From assembly GCA_048939995.1 (NCBI GenBank), contig JBHLOY010000002.1, forward strand, positions 416,001 to 480,000: a DNA stretch of 64,000 nucleotides. The letters are read 5' to 3'. Each line of letters starts with the position of its first letter. Within the stretch, counting starts at the first letter, position 1. The stretch comes from Promethearchaeota archaeon (GTDB taxonomy: Archaea > Asgardarchaeota > Lokiarchaeia > Sigyniarchaeales > SOKP01). A model generated the notes under the pieces. It searched no databases and was not told the DNA's origin. It saw only the letters and a program-made list of their open reading frames with translations. Shown piece by piece: positions 37,919 to 48,127 of the stretch. The translations under genes and the position numbers were made by a program.

Positions 37919-38734
37919 ATGTTAAATGAATCTATTTATTTATCTTTAAAACACTTCTTTACTGAAATTTATCATATCCTCCTTAAATCTACTAAGGATG
38001 CAACTGAAATCTGGTGTGAAACATACGAAATTGACTTCCTAGCTACTTTGGATAAAGAAAGCATTAATGATCTCATCAATAAGTTTGAATTTATCTCACG
38101 AAAAAAAGGGAGCTACACATACTTTTATTCAATAAATAAAATCTCATTTATCATAGAAGCACTACAAGTACTAGAATTTGACATTAAAGAGTTATCAAAC
38201 TTAATTAACTTTAGTGGTTTTGAACAGTTGATTCAAGAAATTCTTGTAAAAAATGGGCATTACACCATAAAGAATTTTAGATTTTCAGATAGATCATATT
38301 ACAGAAAAACAACAAAACAAACTAAATACGAGATTGATGTGATCGGATGGAAGGAGCAATTTTTGCTCCTTATTGACGCGAAGCAATGGAATAAAAGAGA
38401 TGCATTTAGTGCACTTAATAAAGCAGCAAATTTACAATACCAGAGAGCTTTAACTCTTCAAAAAAACTCTGAAATCCTTTCAGATCTAATCCAATCTCTT
38501 ATTGGACCTAAAAATTTTTTAAAAATCAAATTACCTATAATAATAATCCCAATAATAGTTACCCTCGAAGAGAATAGGGCACTCATAAATGAAAATATGG
38601 TCCCATTAGTCTCAATCTATAAAATAAATTCTTTTCTGCAGGAATTAAAATTAAACTTATCCTATTTTAAAACTCTTAAAATAAATAAAATATCTATACA
38701 AAAACAAATATTTAATTCATTTTGCGAATCCTAA
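37919..38734 (+). CDS. PD-(D/E)xK Mrr-like restriction endonuclease-fold protein
   Basis: FEQLIQEIL..NG, YEIDVIG, LIDAKQW. Confidence 0.7.
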   Translation: MLNESIYLSLKHFFTEIYHILLKSTKDATEIWCETYEIDFLATLDKESINDLINKFEFISRKKGSYTYFYSINKISFIIEALQVLEFDIKELSNLINFSGFEQLIQEILVKNGHYTIKNFRFSDRSYYRKTTKQTKYEIDVIGWKEQFLLLIDAKQWNKRDAFSALNKAANLQYQRALTLQKNSEILSDLIQSLIGPKNFLKIKLPIIIIPIIVTLEENRALINENMVPLVSIYKINSFLQELKLNLSYFKTLKINKISIQKQIFNSFCES

Positions 38735-39646
38735 ATAATCTTTAATTTGTTTTTTGACTATATTTGCGGCAAAATGAATAATCCCGCTCTTAACTTTTGG
38801 ATTAGAAAGTATTACTAAAATCATATCATTAAATTGAGGGATCTTATTATCTATGGGAGCCAAATCTAAAACTCCATGGGTGCCCCTTACTGATATATTT
38901 AAAAGTTTACCTGCGCTTAAGCTCTCAATTATATCTAAACCTATCAAAGAAAGACTTTGACCTATAGTCGCAAATAGAGAGTCAGATATTCTGGAAGAAA
39001 TAGCTGAAGCTAGAATCGTTCCATCTTTTTTTATTATTGCTGATGCTTCGATATGGAGATCTAATTTCAATAGTTCTTTCAAAATTTCATTCATACTTGA
39101 GGGCGATATGGCTTCTTTTTGCTTTTTTCCTTCTCTTTTCTTCTCTGTTGGTAATTTTTCAACAGTTACCTTTTTAGAAAGAAATTTGAGAACTTTTGTC
39201 ATATCTTCTTCTAATTGTTTCTGCTTAATTAGAGTAGATTCCAAATCTTGGTTGTTCTCAATTAAAACTTTTTTTTGTTTCTTCGGAGTAGGGGTTCCAA
39301 ATATTGCTTTTGAGGCTATTATAGATCCTTTAAAAGGTCTAGGAGTGATTTCTTTTAGAATTTCCTTATTTTCTCCGATTTCTGCTTTAACCGCATCAAC
39401 TTGAGAATCATCCATCTCAGGATCAGTATATTCTTTTGGAATCTCTTGAAGTTCTAGTAGTGAGGGCTTTATGAGATCTTCTCCTTTAATCGATGCTCGT
39501 TTTGATTTAGTTGGCTTACTAGATTTTTTTTCGACACCAATCTTCATTCGTGGAGCTTTACTTGAAATTGGTAAGAGAGCTCCGCATGTCCTGCAGATAC
39601 GTTCATTTGAAGGATTTGTCGTTCCACAATTCGAACAAATTATCAT
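38717..39646 (-). CDS. Zinc ribbon + disordered linker + roadblock/LAMTOR-like domain
   Basis: CSNCG...ICRTCGA; ILKEL....IEASAIIKKDGTILAS, ISVRGTHG, G.IHF. Confidence 0.75.
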   Translation of the reverse strand: MIICSNCGTTNPSNERICRTCGALLPISSKAPRMKIGVEKKSSKPTKSKRASIKGEDLIKPSLLELQEIPKEYTDPEMDDSQVDAVKAEIGENKEILKEITPRPFKGSIIASKAIFGTPTPKKQKKVLIENNQDLESTLIKQKQLEEDMTKVLKFLSKKVTVEKLPTEKKREGKKQKEAISPSSMNEILKELLKLDLHIEASAIIKKDGTILASAISSRISDSLFATIGQSLSLIGLDIIESLSAGKLLNISVRGTHGVLDLAPIDNKIPQFNDMILVILSNPKVKSGIIHFAANIVKKQIKDYLGFAK

Positions 39647-39730
39647 TAACCGAATATATATTTTTTGATACTATGTAATATAATAATAAAAATTCAATCT
39701 AATTAACGTTTAGAATTTTAAAAAATAAAT

Positions 39731-40693
39731 TTATTTATAAAGAAGTTCTTTTAGGAGATTGGAAAAAGTATCAAAATCTTCCCGAGAGATATTAGGATCT
39801 TGATTTAACATTATTAAATAATATGGGGGGCCTCCTTCCTTTAGTGATAATTGTTTAAAAATAAAATTTCTCCCAAATCTCTGAATTACCATTTTACTCT
39901 CATCATATTCCTTCCCAGGTAACACTTGTGTGAACTGTAAATTATCATTCAAAGCTAAAAAATAGGGTGTGGAAGCTGAAAGTAAGTTATGAGCTTCTTG
40001 AGTTTTATAATATGCTCCCAATACTAAAGAATTATCATCAAGGATTACAACTCCTTCTGAATTTACCTTTTCTGCAAATTGATTCATAGTTTTTTCAATT
40101 AAATCTGCTTTTGGGTAAAGATTCAGTAAAATTTCGGACATTGCCTTGATTATTGAAGGTAAATCGTATATGGACGTTTTGTAATAAAAAACTTTCTTAT
40201 AATCAACTACATTTTTTATTTTTTCTTTTATTTCTAGTTCTAAAGACTTTAGTTCATTTGGAGCATTACGTTTTAATGCTGGATCATACTTGTGGAGGAA
40301 TATGTAAATGGGTGGACTTATCCCTAATCTGCCGAATTGTTCTATAACATCTTTAAAATAACTTATAGATTCTGGAAGTCTACTCTTTGCTTGAATATCT
40401 ATTACATATATCGCGACCTCAGTGCCCTCAAAATACTTACCAGGATTCTTTAAGTAAGCAATTCGATAACTTACTTGCCCTCCAAGATCCCATTCAGCGA
40501 TATCCCTGCCCAAGAATTCGAAGATACGTCTCTGTGCTCCCCTTGTTGGCTTAAGCAATGCAATCTTTGAGAACTCTCGCTGAAGTCCTAAAATTATAGT
40601 TGTTTTGCCTGCAAAATCAAGACCAGTGAAAAGTATCTTAGAAGGTTCAACTGGCTTTTCATCCTTTTTCTTAGTTAAATATTGGATTGACAA
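39731..40693 (-). CDS. Rag-like small GTPase with a roadblock-like C-terminal domain
   Basis: GLDFAGKT, PTRG, WDLGGQ, HKYD, TSIYD..SI.KAMS. Confidence 0.8.
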   Translation of the reverse strand: MSIQYLTKKKDEKPVEPSKILFTGLDFAGKTTIILGLQREFSKIALLKPTRGAQRRIFEFLGRDIAEWDLGGQVSYRIAYLKNPGKYFEGTEVAIYVIDIQAKSRLPESISYFKDVIEQFGRLGISPPIYIFLHKYDPALKRNAPNELKSLELEIKEKIKNVVDYKKVFYYKTSIYDLPSIIKAMSEILLNLYPKADLIEKTMNQFAEKVNSEGVVILDDNSLVLGAYYKTQEAHNLLSASTPYFLALNDNLQFTQVLPGKEYDESKMVIQRFGRNFIFKQLSLKEGGPPYYLIMLNQDPNISREDFDTFSNLLKELLYK

Positions 40694-40915
40694 ACAAAAT
40701 CACCTATCTAAGCATTGAGATAACAAAAATAAAATATAAATATATTCTTTTATAAAAAAAAAGATTATCTTATGCTATAAATTTCTTTCGCAAAAAAATT
40801 CTTAAAACGGTAATATTTTTTATTATTTCTGATTCTAGAACTTCTTTTTTATTATAAATAATATCCAAAATTTCAAATCTGTCTCTGAAATTTTTGGTAA
40901 AACATCACTTCCTTA

Positions 40916-41173
40916 TTATAGCTCGAATCCTTTTCCAAAAAATTCAGTAATATCAAAATAAACTAACTTTCTTATACCGTTTTCCAATTGGATCTCTAGC
41001 AAGTCATAATTTTTTTCATCCTTTTCTATTAAACTTTGTTTTATGAGTTTGTAATTACCAAACCTTCTTCTTAACTCTATGTACTCCTGGTCTACTCCCT
41101 CAAAATGAGAGCAATTGGTAATCACAATCGCATTTTCATAGGATGTTCCATTACCACCTGAGATTCTTACCAT
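40916..41173 (-). CDS. Small hypothetical protein
   Basis: GGNGTS.ENAIVI...EY...YD.L.I...YFDIT.FFG pattern looks like a conserved domain. Confidence 0.6.
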   Translation of the reverse strand: MVRISGGNGTSYENAIVITNCSHFEGVDQEYIELRRRFGNYKLIKQSLIEKDEKNYDLLEIQLENGIRKLVYFDITEFFGKGFEL

Positions 41174-41203
41174 TTACACTCTTACCTTTTCCATATAAAC
41201 CAA

Positions 41204-41773
41204 TTAAAATTTATTTTTTACATTTTGATTAAGTTTTATGTTTGAGTCAAATAATTCATCAATTTTCTCAATCACTTGTCCAGGAGTTTCAAGACCATAA
41301 ATTTTATCTGATCTTCTATCATCAAGCTTCTGGTTGGAAACTTTTGATGACCAACCTTGAATATTTGACAAAGCAATAATAGGTTTTTGATATATCCATG
41401 CAAAACAGAGTTCAGACAGTGTCCCTGCTTTTCCTCCAATTGCCACACATACATCACCTGTTAAAACCACTACAATATTTCGTGCTTGTGAAAATGGGAC
41501 AGGTATTACTATATCAACATATCTGTTTGCAGCAGATTTCTCTATAAAAGGAATAACGCCAATAGTTAAACCACCGTTTTCTTTCACACCTCTACAGATT
41601 GATTCCATTACTCCAGTTAATCCCCCACAAACTATTGCATACTTATTTTCTGCCAATAATCTTCCCAATTCAATTGTAAGTTTTTCAGTTTTATTATCAA
41701 TTTCGCTAGCACCTATAATCGAGATTATTCCCTTAAAATTATCTTTAAAATTAAATTCCATAATAATTCTCAT
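41204..41773 (-). CDS. LOG/TIGR00725-family nucleotide-binding protein
   Basis: CGGLTGVME, GGLTIGVIP, ARN, GGKAGTLSE. Confidence 0.85.
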   Translation of the reverse strand: MRIIMEFNFKDNFKGIISIIGASEIDNKTEKLTIELGRLLAENKYAIVCGGLTGVMESICRGVKENGGLTIGVIPFIEKSAANRYVDIVIPVPFSQARNIVVVLTGDVCVAIGGKAGTLSELCFAWIYQKPIIALSNIQGWSSKVSNQKLDDRRSDKIYGLETPGQVIEKIDELFDSNIKLNQNVKNKF

Positions 41774-41798
41774 CCACTATGTTTTTATAATATCTTAT

Positions 41799-42761
41799 TT
41801 AATATCTCATAACAGTTAACGAATCCTTACCATTATTTATTTTTAATTGATCTCCTTTTATTATTTTCCCAATTATCTTAGAAAATAACCCATATTGTAA
41901 AAAAGTTTCCAAAATTTTCTCTGAATTTTGTTCCGAGGCAGTTAGGATATATGAAGTAGTAAGATACATTTTTAAATATTTTTCCAAAGAATAATTCTGG
42001 TCTCTTAAAATTGGAGGTATCTCTATATTATTAATATTTACATTTGCTCCTACTTTAGAATATCGAATTAACTGCAATAAGGTTCCAAAAATGCCCCCAT
42101 TAGAGATATCTTTTGAAGAATTAGCTAAATGTTGTTTAGCGATTTGATGCATTGATTTTCTTTTGTGAAGAACTTGAGCAGTGCTTTTAAACGTCACAGT
42201 ATCCCAATAATACTCACTTGCTTTACCAATTTTTCCATCAAAATCAACAGATAAAATAATATCGTCGTTAAATTGTGCATTTAAAGCAGAGATATAATTT
42301 TTTTTCTCTATCTCACCAATTATAGTAGAACTAAGTTCATAATAATTACTCTTAGGCTTAGTATGCCCTCGTATAACGGGTATTTGAAACTTTTGAGATG
42401 CTTCGCATATCCCTTCAATAATTTTATGGCCAATATTTATCTCCTTATAAGAGATAATAATACTGGCGGCCAGAGGTGTTCCTCCACAACAATAAATATC
42501 ATCTACACCAACTAATAAAGAACTAAAACCTGCTCCATATGGATGATTCTCAACAAATTCTGTCTTAATTCGATCAGTAGTTAATAAGATATATTTATTA
42601 TTATCTTTAATAGCAGCGGAGTCTTCCCCTATATCTGAATAAATACGTTCATTTTTATATGAATTTTTATGAATAAATTGAACGAAAGGATTAATGTCTT
42701 TCTTTTCAATAACGTTTTTATTATTTCTTATGCTATTTGCTATAGTTTCTAACATATACAA
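41799..42761 (-). CDS. AIR synthase/PurM-fold protein (sll0787/methanogenesis marker 2-like)
   Basis: GEDSAAI, V.DI...GG.P, GHT, KDISNGG. Confidence 0.8.
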   Translation of the reverse strand: MYMLETIANSIRNNKNVIEKKDINPFVQFIHKNSYKNERIYSDIGEDSAAIKDNNKYILLTTDRIKTEFVENHPYGAGFSSLLVGVDDIYCCGGTPLAASIIISYKEINIGHKIIEGICEASQKFQIPVIRGHTKPKSNYYELSSTIIGEIEKKNYISALNAQFNDDIILSVDFDGKIGKASEYYWDTVTFKSTAQVLHKRKSMHQIAKQHLANSSKDISNGGIFGTLLQLIRYSKVGANVNINNIEIPPILRDQNYSLEKYLKMYLTTSYILTASEQNSEKILETFLQYGLFSKIIGKIIKGDQLKINNGKDSLTVMRY

Positions 42762-42828
42762 ATCTATTATATAAGGAATTTTAAAAATAGTATAATTACT
42801 CAGTTTATACTATTTAGTTCCAAAGTTA

Positions 42829-44535
42829 TTGTACTTAATAATAATTATAAGTTTACCATATTTATATTTAAAGAAGATGAAATCATCAATTAGATTCAAA
42901 TTATTAAAGTTAATTGCTATTATTATATTCGCAATTATATTTTTATTGCCCTTTTTTACAATTTCTAAATTTAAATTTAATTTTGAGTATGAAATTAAGT
43001 TATCTCAAGTTATATATCCAGAAATACTTTCATTTTCAAATGATAGATGTTTATCTATTGACGATAGTATTTTTCCTCATCATGTAGGAGTATCAATGGC
43101 AATAAGTGATAAGGGAATAATATTCGTAGGATGGAAGAACTCAGAAAGTCATAATGGAGGAGGAGCAAGAGTAAGTTTTGTAAGATCTCTTGATGGAGGA
43201 GAAACATGGACATATCCATACGACATGCCAATGTTTGAAGGGCACTCTACTAGACAGACACATCCATGGCTCTATTGGTTCAATGATACAACATATTATG
43301 CTTATACAGAGCATGAAGAAGGGTATTTAACACAAATTACAGTTGCTAAAAGTGATAATAATGGCGAAACATGGACACCTGTTAAAGCAACCAATGGAAG
43401 TTATTTTGCAAATAAGGAAACATTTATAGTCAGTAAAAATAATACCATTTATGTCGTTTATGGTGATTCAGATATGGAAACCAATTATACAACTATAAGA
43501 TTGAGTCGTTCAATAAATAGAGGGGCTTCATACCAAGAAATCAAAAATTTGGGGGGAGATGTTGACTTCATTGGTCCATACGTGACTTTAAATAGGACGG
43601 GGGATATCTTTATTGCGTGGACTTGGGTTCCTGAGTCAGGAGGAAATCTTTATTTTACCAAAAGTTCAGATGGTGGCCAAAATTTTGATCCTCCAAAGCT
43701 AATAAATCAAGATGGTAATTACTGCATGTTTGAGGAAATTAATTATGAACCTAGCAAAATCTCTTTACCTGTTCTTGAATTTGATCAAAATGATCGGCTT
43801 TATATAGTATGGGCTGATAAATTCGATCAGCAAGGAGATACTTGGGATGTTTTTTTAAGATATTCAGATGATTTTGGTTCAACTTGGAGTAACCGAATAA
43901 GAATTAATCCTTCAATTATAGGGCATCAATGGAACCCTGATGTGGCAATTGATAAATCAGGCAGGCTTCATATTGTTTATTACAGTGAAGATGAAGATAG
44001 ATACAAGCCTTATTATCGGACTCTAAATTTTACGGGACCCAATCGCAATATAACAGTATTTTCTGAAGAAATTGCGATTGCACGGGGTTTTACCTCCAGT
44101 ATATTTACTAGGCCTGGTGAATATTTTGCCATTCAACTTGATAGTAATAATATTCCGCACATAGCTTGGTCTGAAGGAAGAAATTATGATATGGATATTT
44201 ACTATTCCCATGGACTCACTTATGAGACCCCTTATCCATATCCGAATGAAATAATAACTGTTATAATAGTTATACTTATCGCTGGTATTATTTCTATGGT
44301 CATAATTTTTTATATCAAACATAAACATAGATTAATTGAGACAAATCATAAAATCTCATATAAGGGATTAGATAGCAAGGCAAAAAATTACATGAAAACC
44401 TTTGTATATATTTGTAGTAATTGTCATAAATTTTCCCATACTTTGAGAGAGTATTGTGAGAGTTGTGGTGCTAAAAATACTCTTAAACATGCTTCTAAAG
44501 AAGATTATCTCAATTATTTGCCAGATTTAAAATAA
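42829..44535 (+). CDS. Asp-box (BNR) beta-propeller membrane protein with a cytoplasmic zinc ribbon
   Basis: SLDGGETW, SDNNGETW, SSDGGQNF, SDDFGSTW; TM; CSNC...CESCG. Confidence 0.78.
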   Translation: MYLIIIISLPYLYLKKMKSSIRFKLLKLIAIIIFAIIFLLPFFTISKFKFNFEYEIKLSQVIYPEILSFSNDRCLSIDDSIFPHHVGVSMAISDKGIIFVGWKNSESHNGGGARVSFVRSLDGGETWTYPYDMPMFEGHSTRQTHPWLYWFNDTTYYAYTEHEEGYLTQITVAKSDNNGETWTPVKATNGSYFANKETFIVSKNNTIYVVYGDSDMETNYTTIRLSRSINRGASYQEIKNLGGDVDFIGPYVTLNRTGDIFIAWTWVPESGGNLYFTKSSDGGQNFDPPKLINQDGNYCMFEEINYEPSKISLPVLEFDQNDRLYIVWADKFDQQGDTWDVFLRYSDDFGSTWSNRIRINPSIIGHQWNPDVAIDKSGRLHIVYYSEDEDRYKPYYRTLNFTGPNRNITVFSEEIAIARGFTSSIFTRPGEYFAIQLDSNNIPHIAWSEGRNYDMDIYYSHGLTYETPYPYPNEIITVIIVILIAGIISMVIIFYIKHKHRLIETNHKISYKGLDSKAKNYMKTFVYICSNCHKFSHTLREYCESCGAKNTLKHASKEDYLNYLPDLK

Positions 44536-44657
44536 ATCTTTTAATATTGACATTTCTTTAATACTTAATTAGAATAGAAAAATGAAGTAAACTTTTTTAA
44601 TACTTATCCTAAAAAATAATATAACTATAATTTTAAATTAATCATAAGTTTTAGGGA

Positions 44658-46151
44658 ATGGAAAAATTACTTAACACTTCAATAATAAAGGGATTTGTTT
44701 TTAGTGCCTATGAAAAATTAGGACCTCAGCCTATTTTCATGTTTCCAGAACCAATCGACCAGAATGACATAAAAGATGAAAAGAGCTCAATAGAAGAGAC
44801 TTTCAATTTAACTCTACGAGATTACACACAAATCTCTATAAAAAATTTAAGTCTTTTGATAGGAGATGGCACAATCCTAGATAATGTTGATGTTGAGAAA
44901 TACCAGTATTTTGGAATAATTCCCTTTCCGGATTTTAATTTAACCTCTTTAACTTTTTTTCATTTTGTAAACGTGAGATTTTCTGAGAAACCGCTAGCGA
45001 CAGCATTCTCATTACTTGTAGATGAAAACAAAAGAAGTTTTTTGTATAATAATATTAATAGATTGAAAAATATAGTTTTGGATTTCTTCCAATTATTTGA
45101 TAAGGAATTGATTGATGGATATAAGCCATACAAAGAGGTAGAACATCTATTCAAAAGCCTTTTGGAAAATGTGGTTAAAATTGAGGAAACCCCTACAACT
45201 CCGTTTACTACTCAGAGAAAAATGAAAATTATATTTGCGGGTTTAGATGATTCAGGTAAAACTTCATTCTTGTTATCAATAGACCGGAAATTTTCTAAAT
45301 TGATGGGATTAAAACCAACTATTGGAGCTCAAGTTAGCTCTATTAACGCATTTGGAGCGAATATATTCTTATGGGATCTTGGGGGTCAAGTAAATTTGAG
45401 AAAAAGTTACCTTGACAGAGCACAAATTTATTTATATGAAGCAGATTTAATGTTTTATTTCATTGATATTAAGAATAAAAGTAGATTTGATGAAAGTATT
45501 GATTACCTCCAAGAAGTAAATAAAATCATAAATAACTTTAATCAAGTAACTCCTATCATATATATTTTATCAAAAGGTGATCCTGACATTATTGAATCGA
45601 AAGAGATTCAAGAAAATCTGCAAATAATTAAAGAAAAATTGAATAATATTGAACAGTTACAAGAGATTCATGTAACTACAATATTCCAAATCTATTCTAT
45701 TTTAAGGGCTTTTTCTTCTGGATTATCAAAATTAAGTCCTAATAAAGATTTGATTGATCATAATCTGAAAACTTTTTCGATGGAAACAGCTGCTTATTTA
45801 ACCTTGATTCTAAGTAGTGATGGATTAGTTTTGGCTGAAGATTATTTGCCTGAGGCAGTCTCTTTGACAAAGATCCCTCATTCTGCAGAATTATTAAACA
45901 TATTTGAAGTTACAGCACCTCAATTTGCAATATTGTTCAAAATATTCTCCAAGTATAAAGCACTTAGAGAAAATGAAGCTATATTTAAAGTAGCAGATTC
46001 CACAATACTTTTTAAAAGAATAAATGTCTATAGGTATGAGATGTATATTCTCTTTCTCTTAGATGATGAATCTAAAAAAGAGAAAATAAATCAATTATTA
46101 CCAGCGTTTCTTAAACGTACACAGGATTTATTAATTAGGTATATTTCTTAG
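44658..46151 (+). CDS. uDENN/longin + Rag/Arf-like GTPase + roadblock-like domain (paralogue of 34477)
   Basis: YEKLGPQP..FP, YFGIIPFPD; GLDDSGKT, PTIG, WDLGGQ, SKGD, TTIF; LSPN, FEVTAP.F. Confidence 0.8.
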   Translation: MEKLLNTSIIKGFVFSAYEKLGPQPIFMFPEPIDQNDIKDEKSSIEETFNLTLRDYTQISIKNLSLLIGDGTILDNVDVEKYQYFGIIPFPDFNLTSLTFFHFVNVRFSEKPLATAFSLLVDENKRSFLYNNINRLKNIVLDFFQLFDKELIDGYKPYKEVEHLFKSLLENVVKIEETPTTPFTTQRKMKIIFAGLDDSGKTSFLLSIDRKFSKLMGLKPTIGAQVSSINAFGANIFLWDLGGQVNLRKSYLDRAQIYLYEADLMFYFIDIKNKSRFDESIDYLQEVNKIINNFNQVTPIIYILSKGDPDIIESKEIQENLQIIKEKLNNIEQLQEIHVTTIFQIYSILRAFSSGLSKLSPNKDLIDHNLKTFSMETAAYLTLILSSDGLVLAEDYLPEAVSLTKIPHSAELLNIFEVTAPQFAILFKIFSKYKALRENEAIFKVADSTILFKRINVYRYEMYILFLLDDESKKEKINQLLPAFLKRTQDLLIRYIS

Positions 46152-47050
46152 AAGATTTTCTTTAAGGGTGTTAAATCTGAGATATTTTTTCTTAATACCC
46201 TTTTTCTATAATATGAGTTTATGCCTGAAATTAAGGATAATGCAGGAACAATGCATTTTGTAAATTTTATAGGACCAAATAAGACAAAATCACTTCCACT
46301 ATTTAGACAGTAAGCCATTATTGATGCGATTGCACCACACCTAGCACTTTCTCCAAATTTCTTTATAAAATTCCACCCATATATAGCATTTGCTGGTGCA
46401 AATCCAGTTGGAACACCAAGCTCATTTTTTACTAATCTTGTGGTCTCAACATTAATTCCTATAGAGGGTAAATCTAATACAGCTGTATCAACAATATAGT
46501 TTTCAATATTCGCTTTTTTAGCTTTAGGAATAAGGTTATTTTTTAAAAATTCAATTTTTTGATGTGGAAAAATATATTTTGTCCCAAAAGTTAATAAAAC
46601 AGCACATTTAACTCCAATATCTCTTAATTTAGATAGATTTTCTTCAGAAGTATTTTCATCAATACTATTCAATATTGCTTTATCTAACAAACCAATTTCT
46701 TTTAAAGTTTCCATAGCGGGGATACGAGACTCATCGTTTAAACCATCAACTAAAAAGGGATAATCAACAATCTCAGACACAACCTCACATTCTTTTACAA
46801 GTGCCTCTGAATATGCACCCACGATATCTATAATCCCTTGCATATTTGTATCTTCAATTATTTCAGAAAACTCATTTAACTCTTTCTCTAAAAGTACTTT
46901 ATCAATTTTTCCAATTTTTTCATCTAATAAAGCCGCATGTTTTGCATAAAAAACTGTACCGATCATTACAGTAGGATTCTCCCCTGGCTCTCCTCCAAGT
47001 TTCACATTACCTATTTCAATAACCTTTTGATCTTTCTCATATGTTAACAT
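46148..47050 (-). CDS. mtrH: MtrH-family pterin methyltransferase (stand-alone)
   Basis: GG.PGENPTV..GTVFY..H, ILNSI, G.PTG.AP.N, G.DFVLFGP. Confidence 0.8.
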   Translation of the reverse strand: MLTYEKDQKVIEIGNVKLGGEPGENPTVMIGTVFYAKHAALLDEKIGKIDKVLLEKELNEFSEIIEDTNMQGIIDIVGAYSEALVKECEVVSEIVDYPFLVDGLNDESRIPAMETLKEIGLLDKAILNSIDENTSEENLSKLRDIGVKCAVLLTFGTKYIFPHQKIEFLKNNLIPKAKKANIENYIVDTAVLDLPSIGINVETTRLVKNELGVPTGFAPANAIYGWNFIKKFGESARCGAIASIMAYCLNSGSDFVLFGPIKFTKCIVPALSLISGINSYYRKRVLRKNISDLTPLKKIF

Positions 47051-47077
47051 ATCGATTCACTTTTTTCGCTTAATTAT

Positions 47078-48127
47078 CTAATCTGGAATTTTTTCTTTTA
47101 CTTTACTTTTCTTTCCAAATCTTTTCTTAAATAATGTTCCAGTATAAATTATACTTATGATAAATTCTGGTATCCATTTATGAAGTAATAAGATTATTAT
47201 CGCAGCGATAAATGAAGAAGCTGCACTTATCGATACATGGATTGACTCCCATGGATACCCGATATTATATAATTCTATTTGAATCAGCATACGAATAATG
47301 TTGACAATATAAAAGATAAGTGAGGAAATTACAAGTGACTTTGCTTTTCTCCAGATTATGTCTCTGTTAGTTCTTTTATCTTTAGAATGAGGAATGAATA
47401 AAATAATACCTGCAAATACACAGATTGCCTGAATCCCCGTACAAAATGTCTCAAAGGATATACCATTTGAAAATGCCCATTCATGAATGCCGCCAGGTGT
47501 ATAAACTGCGCTTACATCCATATTGAAGAATAGATTTAAGAAAAATGCAGTTTGTTTGACTGTTATCTCATGAAGCCAATACATTGCTGGCTGGTCAAAA
47601 AAGAAGTATATCCCTAAAGCCAATAGAGGTGCTCCAATACCAAGAAAAATTAAAGATCGAATAGAAAATATATACTTTTTTCCTTCAAACTCGATAACTG
47701 GTTGACTAAATACCTGAGTATCTATCTCCTTTAATTTTGGGTTTCTAATATATTTTAAATCTTTAAAATATTTGTCAATAATTACTAATTCTAAAATTAT
47801 TAATAACGGAAGCATCAGGAACGCAAAATTGTACTTACTCTCAGTTTGTAGCTGGGGAGTTGTAAATCCGATAACAAAAGAAAATATTGAATTTAAAATA
47901 ATCATTACTATAGCCCAAATTTTTTTACGAATGGGTAAACCAGCTATAAGAGATCTGATAATAATTAAAGAATGAAATAATAGTAGAATAATTGCTGCTC
48001 CAATTAAGAGTAAGTTGATTATTATAGAAAAATTTAGTGATATAATTAATCCTATAAAGAATTCAGCAATCAAAATAATTGATTGCATCGACCATATAAA
48101 ATATTTATTTAACTCTGAAAATTTCAT
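47078..48127 (-). CDS. Archaeosortase/exosortase with an extra N-terminal membrane domain
   Basis: Catalytic triad motifs FCTGIQ, VNIIR, IH; multi-TM. Confidence 0.8.
   Translation of the reverse strand: MKFSELNKYFIWSMQSIILIAEFFIGLIISLNFSIIINLLLIGAAIILLLFHSLIIIRSLIAGLPIRKKIWAIVMIILNSIFSFVIGFTTPQLQTESKYNFAFLMLPLLIILELVIIDKYFKDLKYIRNPKLKEIDTQVFSQPVIEFEGKKYIFSIRSLIFLGIGAPLLALGIYFFFDQPAMYWLHEITVKQTAFFLNLFFNMDVSAVYTPGGIHEWAFSNGISFETFCTGIQAICVFAGIILFIPHSKDKRTNRDIIWRKAKSLVISSLIFYIVNIIRMLIQIELYNIGYPWESIHVSISAASSFIAAIIILLLHKWIPEFIISIIYTGTLFKKRFGKKSKVKEKIPD

Noticed and set aside
37919-38734. Restriction-modification or defence island
   Set aside because: Solitary nuclease with no methyltransferase or other defence genes adjacent; the macrodomain and TIR genes are far away and not arranged as Thoeris
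41799-42761. Selenophosphate synthetase SelD
   Set aside because: PurM fold, but lacks the N-terminal Cys/Sec-x-x-Lys motif and DFF signature
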